A DNA stretch of 18,653 nucleotides from an uncultured Thermococci archaeon (GTDB taxonomy: Archaea > Methanobacteriota_B > Thermococci > Thermococcales > Thermococcaceae): contig CAZTOS010000010.1 of the NCBI GenBank assembly GCA_964615185.1, positions 25,283-43,935 on the forward strand. Direction: 5' to 3'. The number at the start of each line of letters is the position of its first letter. Within the stretch, counting starts at the first letter, position 1. Position numbers and translations under genes: made by a program. Shown piece by piece: positions 1-10,085 of the stretch. The notes beneath the pieces are model-generated. The model saw only the letters and a list, made by a program, of their open reading frames with translations, was not told the origin of the DNA and searched no databases.

Positions 1-437
1 TCCAAAAACTCTTGGTGCTCTTTGATAAGGTAATTATACCACCCGCAGTTTACAGAGAAGCTATGTCGAAAGAGGATGAAACAACACTCCTCGTGAAGAA
101 GCTTATTGAGGATGGGAAAGTGGAAATCATAGGGCCATCCTCAACTGAAGGGCTTTTAATATATTCAGGACTTCATGCTGGAGAAATCGAAGTTATTGCA
201 ATTGCAAAGGAGAAATCATACATAGCAGTTCTTGATGACCTAAAAGCAAGAAAAGTAGCCACTATAGAAGGAGTGAGGGTAATCGGAACAGTTGGTCTAT
301 TAAAGCTCCTAAAGAAAGCCCAGCTAATTGACATTTCAAATCACGAGCTTTTAGGTAAATTAAAAGCAATTGGATTTAGGATTAAAGACGACCTGTTTTA
401 TGAAATTATGGGTGAGGAAGATGATCCTCGATACTGA
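1..437 (+). CDS. PIN-domain protein, DUF3368/COG2405-like (VapC-like), 5'-truncated by the window edge
   Basis: The frame is open from the window start ([19 protein letters not shown]). It has the motifs [27 protein letters not shown] and VIGTVGLL typical of DUF3368 PIN proteins. The stop TGA at 435-437 overlaps polB by 17 nt. Confidence 0.8.
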   Translation, partial: QKLLVLFDKVIIPPAVYREAMSKEDETTLLVKKLIEDGKVEIIGPSSTEGLLIYSGLHAGEIEVIAIAKEKSYIAVLDDLKARKVATIEGVRVIGTVGLLKLLKKAQLIDISNHELLGKLKAIGFRIKDDLFYEIMGEEDDPRY

Positions 438-3400
438 CTACATTACGAAAGATGGAAAGCCTATAATTAGGATTTTCAAGAAAGAAAATGGCGAGTTTAG
501 GATAGAGCTTGATAGGAACTTCCAGCCTTACATTTACGCTCTTCTTGAAAGTGATGATGCTATTGAAGAGATTAAAAAGATAACAGCAAAAAGAGGGAAT
601 AAGACTGTTAGGGTTTTGAAAGCCGAAAAAGTTCAGAAGAAATTCTTGGGAAGACCAATAGAGGTGTGGAAGCTGATTTTTGAACATCCACAAGATGTTC
701 CAGCGATTAGAGAAAAAATAAGGGAGCATCCAAAAGTAATCGACATTTTTGAGTATGACATTCCTTTTGCAAAGCGCTATCTCATTGATAAGGGCTTAAT
801 CCCGATGGAAGGAGAGGAAGAACTTAAGCTTCTTGCCTTTGATATAGAAACATTTTACCACGAAGGAGAGCAGTTTGGAGAAGGAGAAATAATAATGATT
901 AGCTATGCTGATGAAAATGAGGCAAAAGTAATAACTTGGAAAAAGATTGATCTGCCATATGTCGAAGTTGTTTCCAGCGAAAGAGAGATGATAAAGCGTT
1001 TTGTTCAAATTATCAGAGAGAAAGACCCAGATGTTCTCATAACCTACAACGGAGACAACTTTGATCTGCCGTATTTAATCAAGAGGGCCCAGAAATTAGG
1101 ACTGAGGCTGTTCATTTCAAGGGATAAGGAACATCCAGAGCCAAAAATACAAAGAATGGGTGACAGATTTGCCGTTGAAATCAAAGGAAGGATTCATTTT
1201 GACCTGTTCCCTGTTGTAAGGAGAACAATAAACCTACCTACCTATACTCTTGAGGCTGTATATGAAGCGGTCTTAGGCAAGAAGAAAACTAAACTTGAGG
1301 CTGCGGAGATAACTGCAATATGGGAGAGCGAAGAAGGTATGAAGGAACTTGCAAAATACTCAATGGAAGATGCTAAAGCGACCTATGAATTAGGCAAAGA
1401 GTTCTTCCCTATGGAAGCAGAGTTAGCGAGGTTAATCGGGCAAAGTGTTTGGGATGTCTCCCGTTCGAGCACAGGCAACTTGGTTGAGTGGTTTTTGCTG
1501 AGGGTTGCGTATCATCAGAATGAACTTGCCCCAAACAAGCCGAGTAACGAGGAGTATCAGAGAAGATTGAGGACAACATATCTTGGCGGCTATGTTAAAG
1601 AGCCCGAAAGGGGATTATGGGGGAACATTGTTTATTTAGATTTTAGGTGTCATCCAGCCAATACAAAAGTTGTTGTTAAAGGGAGGGGCATTGTCAATAT
1701 AAGTGAAGTCAAAGAGGGAGACTATGTCTTAGGAATAAACGGATGGCATAAAGTGCTGAAAGTATGGGAATATGAGTATGATGGAGAGCTAGTGAATGTA
1801 AACGGGCTTAAATGCACTCCCAATCACAAGTTACCAATTGTTACACAGAAAAAACGACAAACTGTGATACGAGACAGCTATGCAAAATCTATGCTGACCA
1901 ATAAAGTTAAAGGGAGAATTATTACCACGAATCTCTTTAAATCAATAGGAGAAATTGAAAAAAGAAAATCAGAGTTTTCTGAGGAATTCCTCCTAAAAAG
2001 TGAACTTGCCGGCATAATTTTAGCAGAAGGGCATCTGCTAAGAAAGGATATTAGATATTTTGACTCTTCACGGAGGAGATACAGAGTATCGCATCAGTAT
2101 AGGGTGGAAATAACTGTCAATGAGGACGAAAAAGAGCTCATAGACCGTATAAATTATATCTTTGAAAAACTCTTTGGTTGTAAACCATCAATAAAAAGAA
2201 AAAAGAATAGCAAAGCCCTAACACTACAGTGCGCTAAGAAATCAGTTTACTTAGAAATTGAGAACATCATGAAAGAAATTGAAAATCTCGACGTTGCTTC
2301 AGTGCTTAGAGGCTTTTTTGAGGGAGATGATACCATAAACACTGTTAGGAGAACAGTTGTAGTAAATCAGGGAACAAGAAACAAGAAGAAAATTGAGCTT
2401 GTATCCAAGTTGCTGAATAAGCTTAACATTAAGCACTCCATATATACTTACACAGACGAAACGAATGGGAAGAAGTACACACGTTACATAATTGAAATTC
2501 CATGGCGAGGAGAGCTTGTTAAATTCGCAATTTTGGTGGGATTTATAAGCACAAGAAAAAGAGAGCTCTTAAGGCAGATTATCGAGCAGAAGGAAATGTA
2601 TCAGCTGGAGAACAGCGGCTTTTACAGGTTAAAGGAAATCCATGCAACAAAAGAATACTACAGAGGCAAAGTTTATGATCTAACCCTTGAGGGCACACCA
2701 TATTATTTCGCAAATGGAATCCTAACTCACAACTCTCTGTATCCATCAATAATAATCACACATAACGTTTCGCCTGATACTCTCGAAAGAGAAGGCTGTA
2801 AGAACTATGATGTTGCTCCAATTGTTGGTTATCGCTTCTGTAAAGACTTCAAAGGCTTTATACCATCTATACTTGAAGAACTCATAGAAACAAGAACAAA
2901 GATAAAGAAAGAAATGAAAGCTACAATTGATCCTGTGAAAAGGAAAATGCTTGATTACAGACAGAAGGCAATGAAGCTTTTGGCAAACAGCATACTTCCA
3001 AATGAATGGATTTTTGTACTTGAAAACGGTCACCCAAGGTTCCTCCCCATTGGGGAGCTTGTCGACAGGAGGATGGAAGCCAGTCCCGAAAAAGTAAAAA
3101 TAGTCGATGGAAGTGAAGTTCTCGAGGTCTCAAACCTCTGGACAATCTCATTTGGTAAGAGTTCCAAAAAAGCCTGCCTCTCAAAGATTAAAGCGATAAT
3201 AAGACATAGGTATAAAGGGAAGGCATATAGGATAAAACTCAGCTCAGGAAGGAGCATTAAGATAACTCAAGGACACAGTCTATTTACGGTTAAAGGAAGT
3301 GAAATCAGTGAGATAACTGGAGATGAACTTAAAAAGGGGGATATAATCATTGTTCCTAAGAGGTTCAAACTCAATGGGAGAGAGATGTTCATAATTCTAC

Positions 3401-6400
3401 CTCGTCTATTTGCTTTGCTTCCATCCGAAGAGACAGAAGACATAGTTCTTACAATTCCGGCCAAAGGCAGAAAGAACTTTTTCAGAGGAATGCTCAGAGC
3501 CTTGAAGTGGATTTTTGGTGAAGAAGAAAAAAGGATTAGAACGTTCAATCGCTATCTGTTCCACCTTGAAGAACTCGGCTTCGTAAAGATTAAGCCGAGA
3601 GGATTCGAGGTAATTAACTGGGAAAGATTAGAAAAGTACAAAAGGTTATATGAAATACTGAGCCAGAAAGCAAAATACAACGGCAATAAGGGTGAGTACT
3701 TCATAAGATTCAACGATTTGAGAGATGTCATTGAAGAGTTCCCGCTTGAAGAGCTTGCCCAATGGAATATCGGAACTTTAAACGGCTTCCGCATGAAAAC
3801 CATAATCAAACTTGACAAGCACTTTGCCAGATTCTTGGGATATTATGTGAGTGAGGGCTCAGCAAGAAAGCAAAGAAATCAGACGGGAGGATTCAGTTAT
3901 ACTGTAAGGCTTTACAATGAAAATGAAAATATTCTTAGGGACATGGAGCATGTTTCCGGAATTCTCTTTGGTAAAGTCAAGAGAGCTGAGAACTATGTAG
4001 AGATTTCAAAGAAAGTCGCGTACTTAATTGTCAAAGCTATGTGTGGAATTAGTGCAGAGAATAAGAAAATACCAGAGCCAATCTTCCTTGCACCAGAAGA
4101 GCTAAGATGGGAGTTTTTGCATGCGTATTTCCTTGGTGATGGAGATGTTCATCCAAGCAAAAGACTAAGACTATCCACAAAAAGTGAGCTCTTAGCCAAT
4201 CAGCTTGTGTTTCTCCTCAACAGTCTTGGAATTTCATCAATAAAGCTCGGTTTCGACAGCGGAGTTTACAGAATTTACATCAATGAAGACCTGCCGTTCC
4301 TGAGAACCGGAAGACAGAAAAATAGCTATTACTCAAACCTAATTCCAAAAGAAGTTTTGGAGGCAGTGTTTGGAAAGAGATTTCAGAAGAACATGAGCTT
4401 TGCAAAATTCAAGGAGTTAGTTGAAAAAGGAGAACTTGATTGGAAGAAAGCAAGGCTTATAGAGTGGCTCATTGAGGGTGATCTGGCATTAGATAGGGTA
4501 GAAAGTGTTGAGGAATTTCCCTATGAGGGATACGTCTATGATTTAAGTGTCGAGGAGGATGAAAACTTTTTGGCAGGTTTTGGCTGGCTCTATGCTCACA
4601 ACAGCTTCTACGGCTATATGGGGTATCCAAAGGCAAGATGGTATTCGAAGGAATGTGCCGAGAGCGTAACGGCATGGGGAAGAACATACATAGAGATGAC
4701 GATTAAAGAAATAGAGGAAAAATTCGGGTTTAAAGTTCTTTATGCCGACAGTGTTACTGGAGATACCGAGATAATCATAAGGGAGAACGGGAGGATAAAA
4801 TTTGTCAAGATAAAAGAGCTGTTCAAGAGAACCGATTACAGTGTTGGTGAGAAGGAATACTGTATACTTGAAAACATTGAAGCTCTGACCCTTGACAACC
4901 GTGGAAGGCTTGTGTGGAGAAAAGTTCCCTATGTGATGAGACACAAAACCAAAAAGAGAGTATATAGGGTTTGGTTTACCAACTCATGGTATATAGATGT
5001 TACCGAAGATCACTCTCTAATCGGCTACCTTACGACAAGAGAGCTGGGTAGAAAGAAACCTCTCAGAGAAAGACTTATTGAAGTAAAACCAGAAGAGTTA
5101 GGAAAGACCGTGAAATCTCTGATAACTCTTAATGGAGCATTTGCAAGAAAGATTCCGAGTACAGAATTAGGAACAAAGTTGTGGGAACTAATTGGGCTTT
5201 TGGTGGGCGATGGAAACTGGGGAGGAAATTCAAACTGGGCAAAATATTACCTTGGCCTCTCAACTGGAGAAGATTTAGCGGAAATTGAGGAGAAAGTTCT
5301 AAAGCCCCTTAAGGAGGCAAGGATAATATCAAACTATTATCCAAAGGACAAGCCTGGGGATATTTCAATACTCTCCAAGTGGTTGGCGAGATTCATGAAC
5401 AAATACTTCAAGGAAAATGGCAGAAAGAGAATTCCAAAGTTCATGTTCAGGTTACCCGAAGAATACATAGCGGCATTTCTTAGGGGACTGTTTACCGCTG
5501 ATGGAACCGTTAGTGTACGCAAATCCCGTGGAACTTTGGAGGTCAGACTCACAAATGTGAATGAAGGTTTAATTAATGACGTTAGAAAACTTCTTTGGCT
5601 TGTTGGAGTTTCAAATTCTATCTTTAAAGAGAGCAACCCAAATCGTTACAAAGGAAAGACCAGTGGGACACATTCATTCCATCTCAGGATTAAGGATAAG
5701 CATGCGTTTATTAAGAAAATTGGGTTCATAACTGATCGTAAGAACAAAAGACTGGAGAATCTCAAGGATGCTGTGCCAAAAAACGGAATTAAAAGATACC
5801 AGTTTGACCTCGTTCAACCCAAAAAGATTGAGGAAATTGAATATAATGACTACGTGTATGACATCGAGGTCGAAGAGACTCACAGATTCTTTGCAAACGG
5901 TATTTTAGTTCACAATACAGATGGTTTATACGCCACAATACCTGGCACCAATGCCGAAACTATCAAGAAGAAGGCTAAGGAATTCCTTAAATACATTAAC
6001 TCCAAACTCCCCGGATTGCTGGAGCTTGAGTATGAGGGCTTTTACTTAAGAGGGTTCTTCGTTACAAAGAAGAGGTATGCACTCATAGATGAAGAAGGCA
6101 AGATAATTACAAGAGGACTTGAGGTTGTGAGGAGAGATTGGAGCGAAATAGCGAAGGAAACCCAAGCAAAAGTTTTGGAGGCAATTCTGAAGGATGGTAG
6201 CATCGAAAAAGCCGTTGAAATAGTCAAGCAGGTTGTTGAGAACCTGGTAAAATACAAAGTTCCGCTTGAAAAGCTCGTGATACACGAGCAGATAACGAAG
6301 AGTTTGGATGAGTATAAAGCCACTGGACCACATGTTGCGGTTGCAAAGAGGCTCAAAGCCAGAGGGGTTAAAGTGAGACCAGGAATGATAATCAGCTATA

Positions 6401-6618
6401 TAATCCTCAAGGGGGACAAAAAGATAAGTGATAGAGCCATTCTGCTGAGTGAGTACGATCCAAAGAAGCACAAGTATGATCCCGATTATTACATTGAGCA
6501 TCAAGTTCTGCCAGCAGTTTTGAGAATTTTGGAGGCTTTTGGATATAGGAAGGAGGATTTAAGGTATCAGAAGACTAAACAGCTTGGATTGGGAGCTTGG
6601 TTGAATATGAGGAAGTGA
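421..6618 (+). CDS. polB: Family B DNA polymerase precursor (2065 aa) with three inteins; mature protein about 776 aa
   Basis: Starts MILDTDY at ATG 421 after the RBS GGTGAGG (411-417). Exonuclease motifs [12 protein letters not shown] and YSMED. Polymerase motifs YLDFR|SLYPSII, KLLAN|SFYG and YAD|TDG are each interrupted by an intein. C-terminal PIP-box-like QLGLGAWL. Confidence 0.99.
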   Translation: MILDTDYITKDGKPIIRIFKKENGEFRIELDRNFQPYIYALLESDDAIEEIKKITAKRGNKTVRVLKAEKVQKKFLGRPIEVWKLIFEHPQDVPAIREKIREHPKVIDIFEYDIPFAKRYLIDKGLIPMEGEEELKLLAFDIETFYHEGEQFGEGEIIMISYADENEAKVITWKKIDLPYVEVVSSEREMIKRFVQIIREKDPDVLITYNGDNFDLPYLIKRAQKLGLRLFISRDKEHPEPKIQRMGDRFAVEIKGRIHFDLFPVVRRTINLPTYTLEAVYEAVLGKKKTKLEAAEITAIWESEEGMKELAKYSMEDAKATYELGKEFFPMEAELARLIGQSVWDVSRSSTGNLVEWFLLRVAYHQNELAPNKPSNEEYQRRLRTTYLGGYVKEPERGLWGNIVYLDFRCHPANTKVVVKGRGIVNISEVKEGDYVLGINGWHKVLKVWEYEYDGELVNVNGLKCTPNHKLPIVTQKKRQTVIRDSYAKSMLTNKVKGRIITTNLFKSIGEIEKRKSEFSEEFLLKSELAGIILAEGHLLRKDIRYFDSSRRRYRVSHQYRVEITVNEDEKELIDRINYIFEKLFGCKPSIKRKKNSKALTLQCAKKSVYLEIENIMKEIENLDVASVLRGFFEGDDTINTVRRTVVVNQGTRNKKKIELVSKLLNKLNIKHSIYTYTDETNGKKYTRYIIEIPWRGELVKFAILVGFISTRKRELLRQIIEQKEMYQLENSGFYRLKEIHATKEYYRGKVYDLTLEGTPYYFANGILTHNSLYPSIIITHNVSPDTLEREGCKNYDVAPIVGYRFCKDFKGFIPSILEELIETRTKIKKEMKATIDPVKRKMLDYRQKAMKLLANSILPNEWIFVLENGHPRFLPIGELVDRRMEASPEKVKIVDGSEVLEVSNLWTISFGKSSKKACLSKIKAIIRHRYKGKAYRIKLSSGRSIKITQGHSLFTVKGSEISEITGDELKKGDIIIVPKRFKLNGREMFIILPRLFALLPSEETEDIVLTIPAKGRKNFFRGMLRALKWIFGEEEKRIRTFNRYLFHLEELGFVKIKPRGFEVINWERLEKYKRLYEILSQKAKYNGNKGEYFIRFNDLRDVIEEFPLEELAQWNIGTLNGFRMKTIIKLDKHFARFLGYYVSEGSARKQRNQTGGFSYTVRLYNENENILRDMEHVSGILFGKVKRAENYVEISKKVAYLIVKAMCGISAENKKIPEPIFLAPEELRWEFLHAYFLGDGDVHPSKRLRLSTKSELLANQLVFLLNSLGISSIKLGFDSGVYRIYINEDLPFLRTGRQKNSYYSNLIPKEVLEAVFGKRFQKNMSFAKFKELVEKGELDWKKARLIEWLIEGDLALDRVESVEEFPYEGYVYDLSVEEDENFLAGFGWLYAHNSFYGYMGYPKARWYSKECAESVTAWGRTYIEMTIKEIEEKFGFKVLYADSVTGDTEIIIRENGRIKFVKIKELFKRTDYSVGEKEYCILENIEALTLDNRGRLVWRKVPYVMRHKTKKRVYRVWFTNSWYIDVTEDHSLIGYLTTRELGRKKPLRERLIEVKPEELGKTVKSLITLNGAFARKIPSTELGTKLWELIGLLVGDGNWGGNSNWAKYYLGLSTGEDLAEIEEKVLKPLKEARIISNYYPKDKPGDISILSKWLARFMNKYFKENGRKRIPKFMFRLPEEYIAAFLRGLFTADGTVSVRKSRGTLEVRLTNVNEGLINDVRKLLWLVGVSNSIFKESNPNRYKGKTSGTHSFHLRIKDKHAFIKKIGFITDRKNKRLENLKDAVPKNGIKRYQFDLVQPKKIEEIEYNDYVYDIEVEETHRFFANGILVHNTDGLYATIPGTNAETIKKKAKEFLKYINSKLPGLLELEYEGFYLRGFFVTKKRYALIDEEGKIITRGLEVVRRDWSEIAKETQAKVLEAILKDGSIEKAVEIVKQVVENLVKYKVPLEKLVIHEQITKSLDEYKATGPHVAVAKRLKARGVKVRPGMIISYIILKGDKKISDRAILLSEYDPKKHKYDPDYYIEHQVLPAVLRILEAFGYRKEDLRYQKTKQLGLGAWLNMRK
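1648..2733 (+). mobile_element. Intein at the pol-a site (362 aa) with LAGLIDADG homing endonuclease domain
   Basis: Starts CHPANT after YLDFR and ends FANGILTHN before Ser(+1) of SLYPS. Block B TPNH; endonuclease motifs [10 protein letters not shown] and [10 protein letters not shown]. Confidence 0.96.
2989..4602 (+). mobile_element. Intein at the pol-b site (538 aa) with LAGLIDADG homing endonuclease domain
   Basis: Starts SILPNEW after KLLAN and ends LYAHN before Ser(+1) of SFYGY. Block B ITQGHSLF; endonuclease motifs [10 protein letters not shown] and [11 protein letters not shown]. Confidence 0.96.
4750..5916 (+). mobile_element. Intein at the pol-c site (389 aa) with LAGLIDADG homing endonuclease domain
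   Basis: Starts SVTGDT after LYAD and ends FANGILVHN before Thr(+1) of TDG. Block B VTEDHSL; endonuclease motifs [10 protein letters not shown] and [11 protein letters not shown]. Confidence 0.96.
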
Positions 6619-6627
6619 AGCAGTAGT

Positions 6628-7632
6628 TCATCGGGATGTTTTTAGGTGAACCCAGTACTGGTATTTCCCTTTTCTTTTGATCTTGATTTTTCCAGGAGTG
6701 TAGTACTCCCTGAAAGGACACTCTTTAAATTTAGGGCAAGATTCAGGAGAAGTACCTATTCTGTAGCTGCATCCGTTTCTAGAGAGATGCCACAGAGGCC
6801 TATCCAAATCAAGAGATGTAACATGCTTGCCTGATTTTCTAAGAACTCTTGTGACTTTTAGCCATGCCTCTGCTACCTCATTCCTGAACTCATCTAACGT
6901 ACCTTCAAATTTTCCTCAGATAATGCCCAAGTTTAGTGTAGCTCGTGTTATGTGTACGTCCACCGGGATTGGAATATATTCAAGATTTTTTAGGTTAATT
7001 CTTGCGTTGTCTCTGAGCATTCTCAGCCACAATGATCTAATTTTCTCCCCGTTTAAGTTGGGATACTCTGACTTGTACCTTGTGAGGTGTTTGACGATTT
7101 TGATAGCGTCAAAATTCAGAGCTTCTAGAAGATTCCACGGGTCATCCCTCCAACGGTTGTGAATAGTTAGGGCAATTGTAAGCCAAATGTTTGTGTCCCT
7201 GATAGGCCTCAGTGCAAGTTTATACTTGGTAAGAGCAGATTTTATTTTTTCAACTTGGCCCAAGGGAATATTGGCTACCTCCTCCGGAAAGAAGACAAAG
7301 CATGTTTCGGGGTCTTCAAACGTTTTTCTAGCACTTTCCCAGAGTGCATCAGCGTTTCTCATGTAGTCAATTGCAACTGTAAGCGTCAAGAATAAGAGAT
7401 GCTCTCTTGAACCGATTTCCACACCCTGTGGAGGGTGGTCCTCAGGCATTTCCTTGTTTCCAAAAATACCTTCAGTTTTGTATAGTTGATATAACCTTTC
7501 AGCCAGTAAAGCACCTCTCTCAATATCTAAAGTTATACTCCGATGTGAGCTCTTTTCATCTTCAGCGATGGGTCTGTATTCGATGGTGTTGTCATTGTTA
7601 TTTTGCCATTTTTGTTCTGGAGCTAAATACAT
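6628..7632 (-). pseudogene. HhH-GPD-like DNA glycosylase/lyase family gene (about 334 codons) interrupted by an in-frame TGA at 6916-6918
   Basis: ATG 7632 follows the RBS GGAGG. It has an HhH-like YPNLNGEKI and IPIPVDVH. After the TGA the same frame continues for 95 codons (GKFEGTLDEF...LDLDRPLWHLSRNGCSYRIGTSPESCPKFKECPFREYY...KTSR*) and ends at 6628, 9 nt from the polB stop. Confidence 0.72.
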
Positions 7633-7697
7633 ATCACACTCCTCCAAATTGTTACTTATTTCCTTAGGAGTTTAAATCTTTTAAGCATTAAAGGCAA

Positions 7698-7712
7698 CGA
7701 AACTCTTTTATT
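7698..7712 (+). promoter_or_regulatory. Putative BRE/TATA promoter of vapBC
   Basis: CGAAA followed by CTCTTTTATT about 35 nt upstream of the vapB ATG. Confidence 0.4.
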
Positions 7713-7725
7713 CTTGCATCACAAA

Positions 7726-7748
7726 ATGTATTTCGAGGTGTAATACAT
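7726..7748. promoter_or_regulatory. Inverted repeat ATGTATT-N9-AATACAT, putative VapB operator
   Basis: Perfect 7-bp arms at 7726-7732 and 7742-7748 bracket the RBS GAGGTG and overlap the vapB start codon. Confidence 0.5.
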
Positions 7749-7971
7749 GGCAATAATTACAGTTCGAGTTCCCGATGAGTTAAAGCTGAAGATGAAACAG
7801 CTCAACATTAACTGGAGTGAAGAGATAAGAGAGTTTATAAGACAGAGAATAGACGAAGAAGAAAGAAGGAGAAAACTAAAAGAGGCTCTTGAAATTCTCA
7901 GACAGAGCAAAGGTTCAGTTGAGAGGGGTTTCTCAGCAAAGGTAGTGAGGGAGGATCGTGATAGTCATTGA
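7747..7971 (+). CDS. vapB: Ribbon-helix-helix antitoxin (VapB type)
   Basis: 74 aa. RHH pattern IITVRVPDELKLKM...INWSEEIREFI and C-terminal VREDRDSH. Overlaps the downstream PIN gene by 14 nt; RBS GAGGTG. Confidence 0.88.
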   Translation: MAIITVRVPDELKLKMKQLNINWSEEIREFIRQRIDEEERRRKLKEALEILRQSKGSVERGFSAKVVREDRDSH

Positions 7972-8350
7972 TGCATCTCTGCTGGTTAAAGTCATCCTCA
8001 AAGAGGAGGGTTGGGAAAATGTTCCAATTGACACCAGCACAGCAACACTGGACTATGCGCTCGTTGAAGGTATGAATGCGATATGGATTGCAGTTAGGAG
8101 GAAAAGGATAAATGAAAGCGAAGCTCGCTCCAGAGTTCTTGTGCTCAAACTTTTAGGGGAAAGTATGACTTTATTCAGTGCAGAGAACTTCTTTGAAAGA
8201 GGATTAGAGATAGCGCTGAATGAGAACATAGCAATCTATGATGCCCTCTACATAGCTTTAGCTGAAGCTTTGAATGCTGAGCTTTATACGGCAGATAACA
8301 AGCAATATGAGGCTGCTAAAAAATATGTGAGGGCAAAACTGATTAGCTAA
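7958..8350 (+). CDS. vapC: PIN-domain toxin (VapC)
   Basis: 130 aa with GTG start. PIN motifs MIVIDAS, LVEGMNA, IYDALYIALA and LYTAD. Confidence 0.92.
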   Translation: MIVIDASLLVKVILKEEGWENVPIDTSTATLDYALVEGMNAIWIAVRRKRINESEARSRVLVLKLLGESMTLFSAENFFERGLEIALNENIAIYDALYIALAEALNAELYTADNKQYEAAKKYVRAKLIS

Positions 8351-8403
8351 GATTCCAAAAAGTTCTCCAACCTACTTTTTTATTACAGAGAATTCAGAGT
8401 TCA

Positions 8404-9084
8404 TTAGACTAACTCCAAAACCTCTCCCAACTCCCCGGCATTCCTCACCACAAAGCCCTTCTCCGCTATCCTCTCAACCTTCTCAGCATCTGGATTAACC
8501 CAAACTGCCCACAATCCAGCATTTAAAGCCCCTTCAAAGTCCTCCGCATAGGTGTCGCCTATGTGGAGTGCCTCTTCCGGCTTAACTCCAAAATACTCCA
8601 ACGGCTTCAGGAAGACTTCTCTCATAGGCTTGTACGCTTTGAGCTCGTCAGAATAAAACTGCTTATCAATAAAGTCCGCCAATCCAAACCTCTCAAGAAT
8701 TAAACGCGTATAAGCGGATGGCCAGAACATGACATTGCCAGTTGTGATTATGATTAAACTTCTCTCTTTTGCTGCTTTCAAGCCTTCAATTGCTCCTTTA
8801 ATGACAATCCTCTCATCAACTCTAAGGGTCGCTTTAGCAGCCGCTCTCTTGATAATTTCAACATCACAGCCAAGCTTTTTCGCAAGGATTTCTTGGCTTT
8901 CTTCCAAGGCTTTCTCTGGGTTGCCTCTTTTGCTCTTTCTCAGCCCCTTGATTTCTCCTCTTGCTTCCATGACTTTTTCAGAAACCTCTTTCTCTGTCAG
9001 CTCAGCCAAGGCTCTTGTCAGCTCCTCCAACATAACGTTGATATCTAAGAGGGTATTCCAGACATCAAAACTCACAAGCTTCAT
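8404..9084 (-). CDS. HAD-superfamily hydrolase
   Basis: Motif I FDVWNTL, motif II TGN, motif III YKP and motif IV HIGDTYAED. RBS GGAGGTGA; ATGA overlap with the upstream gene. Confidence 0.9.
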   Translation of the reverse strand: MKLVSFDVWNTLLDINVMLEELTRALAELTEKEVSEKVMEARGEIKGLRKSKRGNPEKALEESQEILAKKLGCDVEIIKRAAAKATLRVDERIVIKGAIEGLKAAKERSLIIITTGNVMFWPSAYTRLILERFGLADFIDKQFYSDELKAYKPMREVFLKPLEYFGVKPEEALHIGDTYAEDFEGALNAGLWAVWVNPDAEKVERIAEKGFVVRNAGELGEVLELV

Positions 9085-10085
9085 TCAATCACCTCCGCCA
9101 GCTTATCCAAAAGTCCTGCACTGCGGAGGATTTTCTCGAGGTTATCCTTCCTCGAACGCATCACAAACATTTCATAGAACCCTTCGAGGTTTCCCCAGAA
9201 GCCATAGGAAGCCAAGGCTAAATAAATTACCTCTTTAGGCTTCAGCTTTCTCTTTAAATCAATGCGCAGAATGTTTATTGCCCTTTCAATTTTCCTCAGC
9301 ACTCCTTGCTTTTCCAGAAGCTTAAGCATTAAATCCTCAACAGTTGGCTTTTTCCATTCCACGCATGGGTGCCTAAAGTGATAACCAATTAAAAGCGGGA
9401 TTATAGCAACATCTCCAACTCTAAAATTCCCTCCCTCTCTTGTGAATTTGAATGAAGAAAGCTTACCCGTTATTGATTCTATTACCCTCTCAGCACTCTC
9501 ATCAATATCAATGGCTAACCCTATCTTGTCAATTTTAAACTCAAAAACGTCCATAGCTTTCAAAAAGTTTCCTAAGTTCCTTATAACCCCAGCGTTGCCT
9601 TCACTTGGAATTATTGCCAGAAATACATCGCCTTTTCTCAAAAGCTCAAAGTTGTCCCTCTCAAAAACCTTTTCAATTAGTTTCAAATTTTCTGGTGTTG
9701 TTCTGCTTTCTTTAAATCCGAACAGCTTTTTGTAAACCCCTTTAAAAAATTTTGAGTCAGTTTTACCCTCACAGAAGATAACACTGACTTTGGAAAATTC
9801 ACCAAATGCTGCACCTCTTAGGTCAAAATCAAGGTATTTTCTGAGCTCATAGGCTTCTTTCAAAGTTAAGTTTTTCATTGTGTCAGAATACACAAGCTCT
9901 CCGCTTTCCGTTCTCCTAAACCGCTCCAAGAGAAGGTCAATTAACTCTAAACTCGCTGTAATCACTGTTTCTTCTCCTTCAAGTGAGCTCACAAACTTCT
10001 TCAGCTCTTCATTATTCTTCCTATACTCTGGGAAAAGTATTGCATCTTCAAAATTCTCATAATGCTTTCCCGTCACAATCCTCAT
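9081..10085 (-). CDS. DUF3226-like protein with TOPRIM-like domain
   Basis: 334 aa. TOPRIM-like FCEGKTD and LAIDID, plus PTVEDL and KPK as in DUF3226. ATG directly follows the upstream stop. Confidence 0.7.
   Translation of the reverse strand: MRIVTGKHYENFEDAILFPEYRKNNEELKKFVSSLEGEETVITASLELIDLLLERFRRTESGELVYSDTMKNLTLKEAYELRKYLDFDLRGAAFGEFSKVSVIFCEGKTDSKFFKGVYKKLFGFKESRTTPENLKLIEKVFERDNFELLRKGDVFLAIIPSEGNAGVIRNLGNFLKAMDVFEFKIDKIGLAIDIDESAERVIESITGKLSSFKFTREGGNFRVGDVAIIPLLIGYHFRHPCVEWKKPTVEDLMLKLLEKQGVLRKIERAINILRIDLKRKLKPKEVIYLALASYGFWGNLEGFYEMFVMRSRKDNLEKILRSAGLLDKLAEVIE

Noticed and set aside
370..420. N-terminal extension of PolB from the TTG at 370
   Set aside because: The conserved PolB start is MILDTDY at ATG 421, which has a good RBS; the extension lies inside the PIN gene.
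6916..6918. Selenocysteine recoding of the in-frame TGA
   Set aside because: Thermococcales are not known to use Sec, the position is not an obvious Cys site, and no SECIS-like element fits before the convergent polB.
6646..7162. Plus-strand ORFs 6646-6834 and 6827-7162
   Set aside because: They are antisense shadows of the glycosylase frame and have no recognisable motifs.
8346..8430. Weak resemblance between the sequence after vapC and the HAD 3' end, as a possible target-site duplication
   Set aside because: The match is gapped, short and low-complexity.
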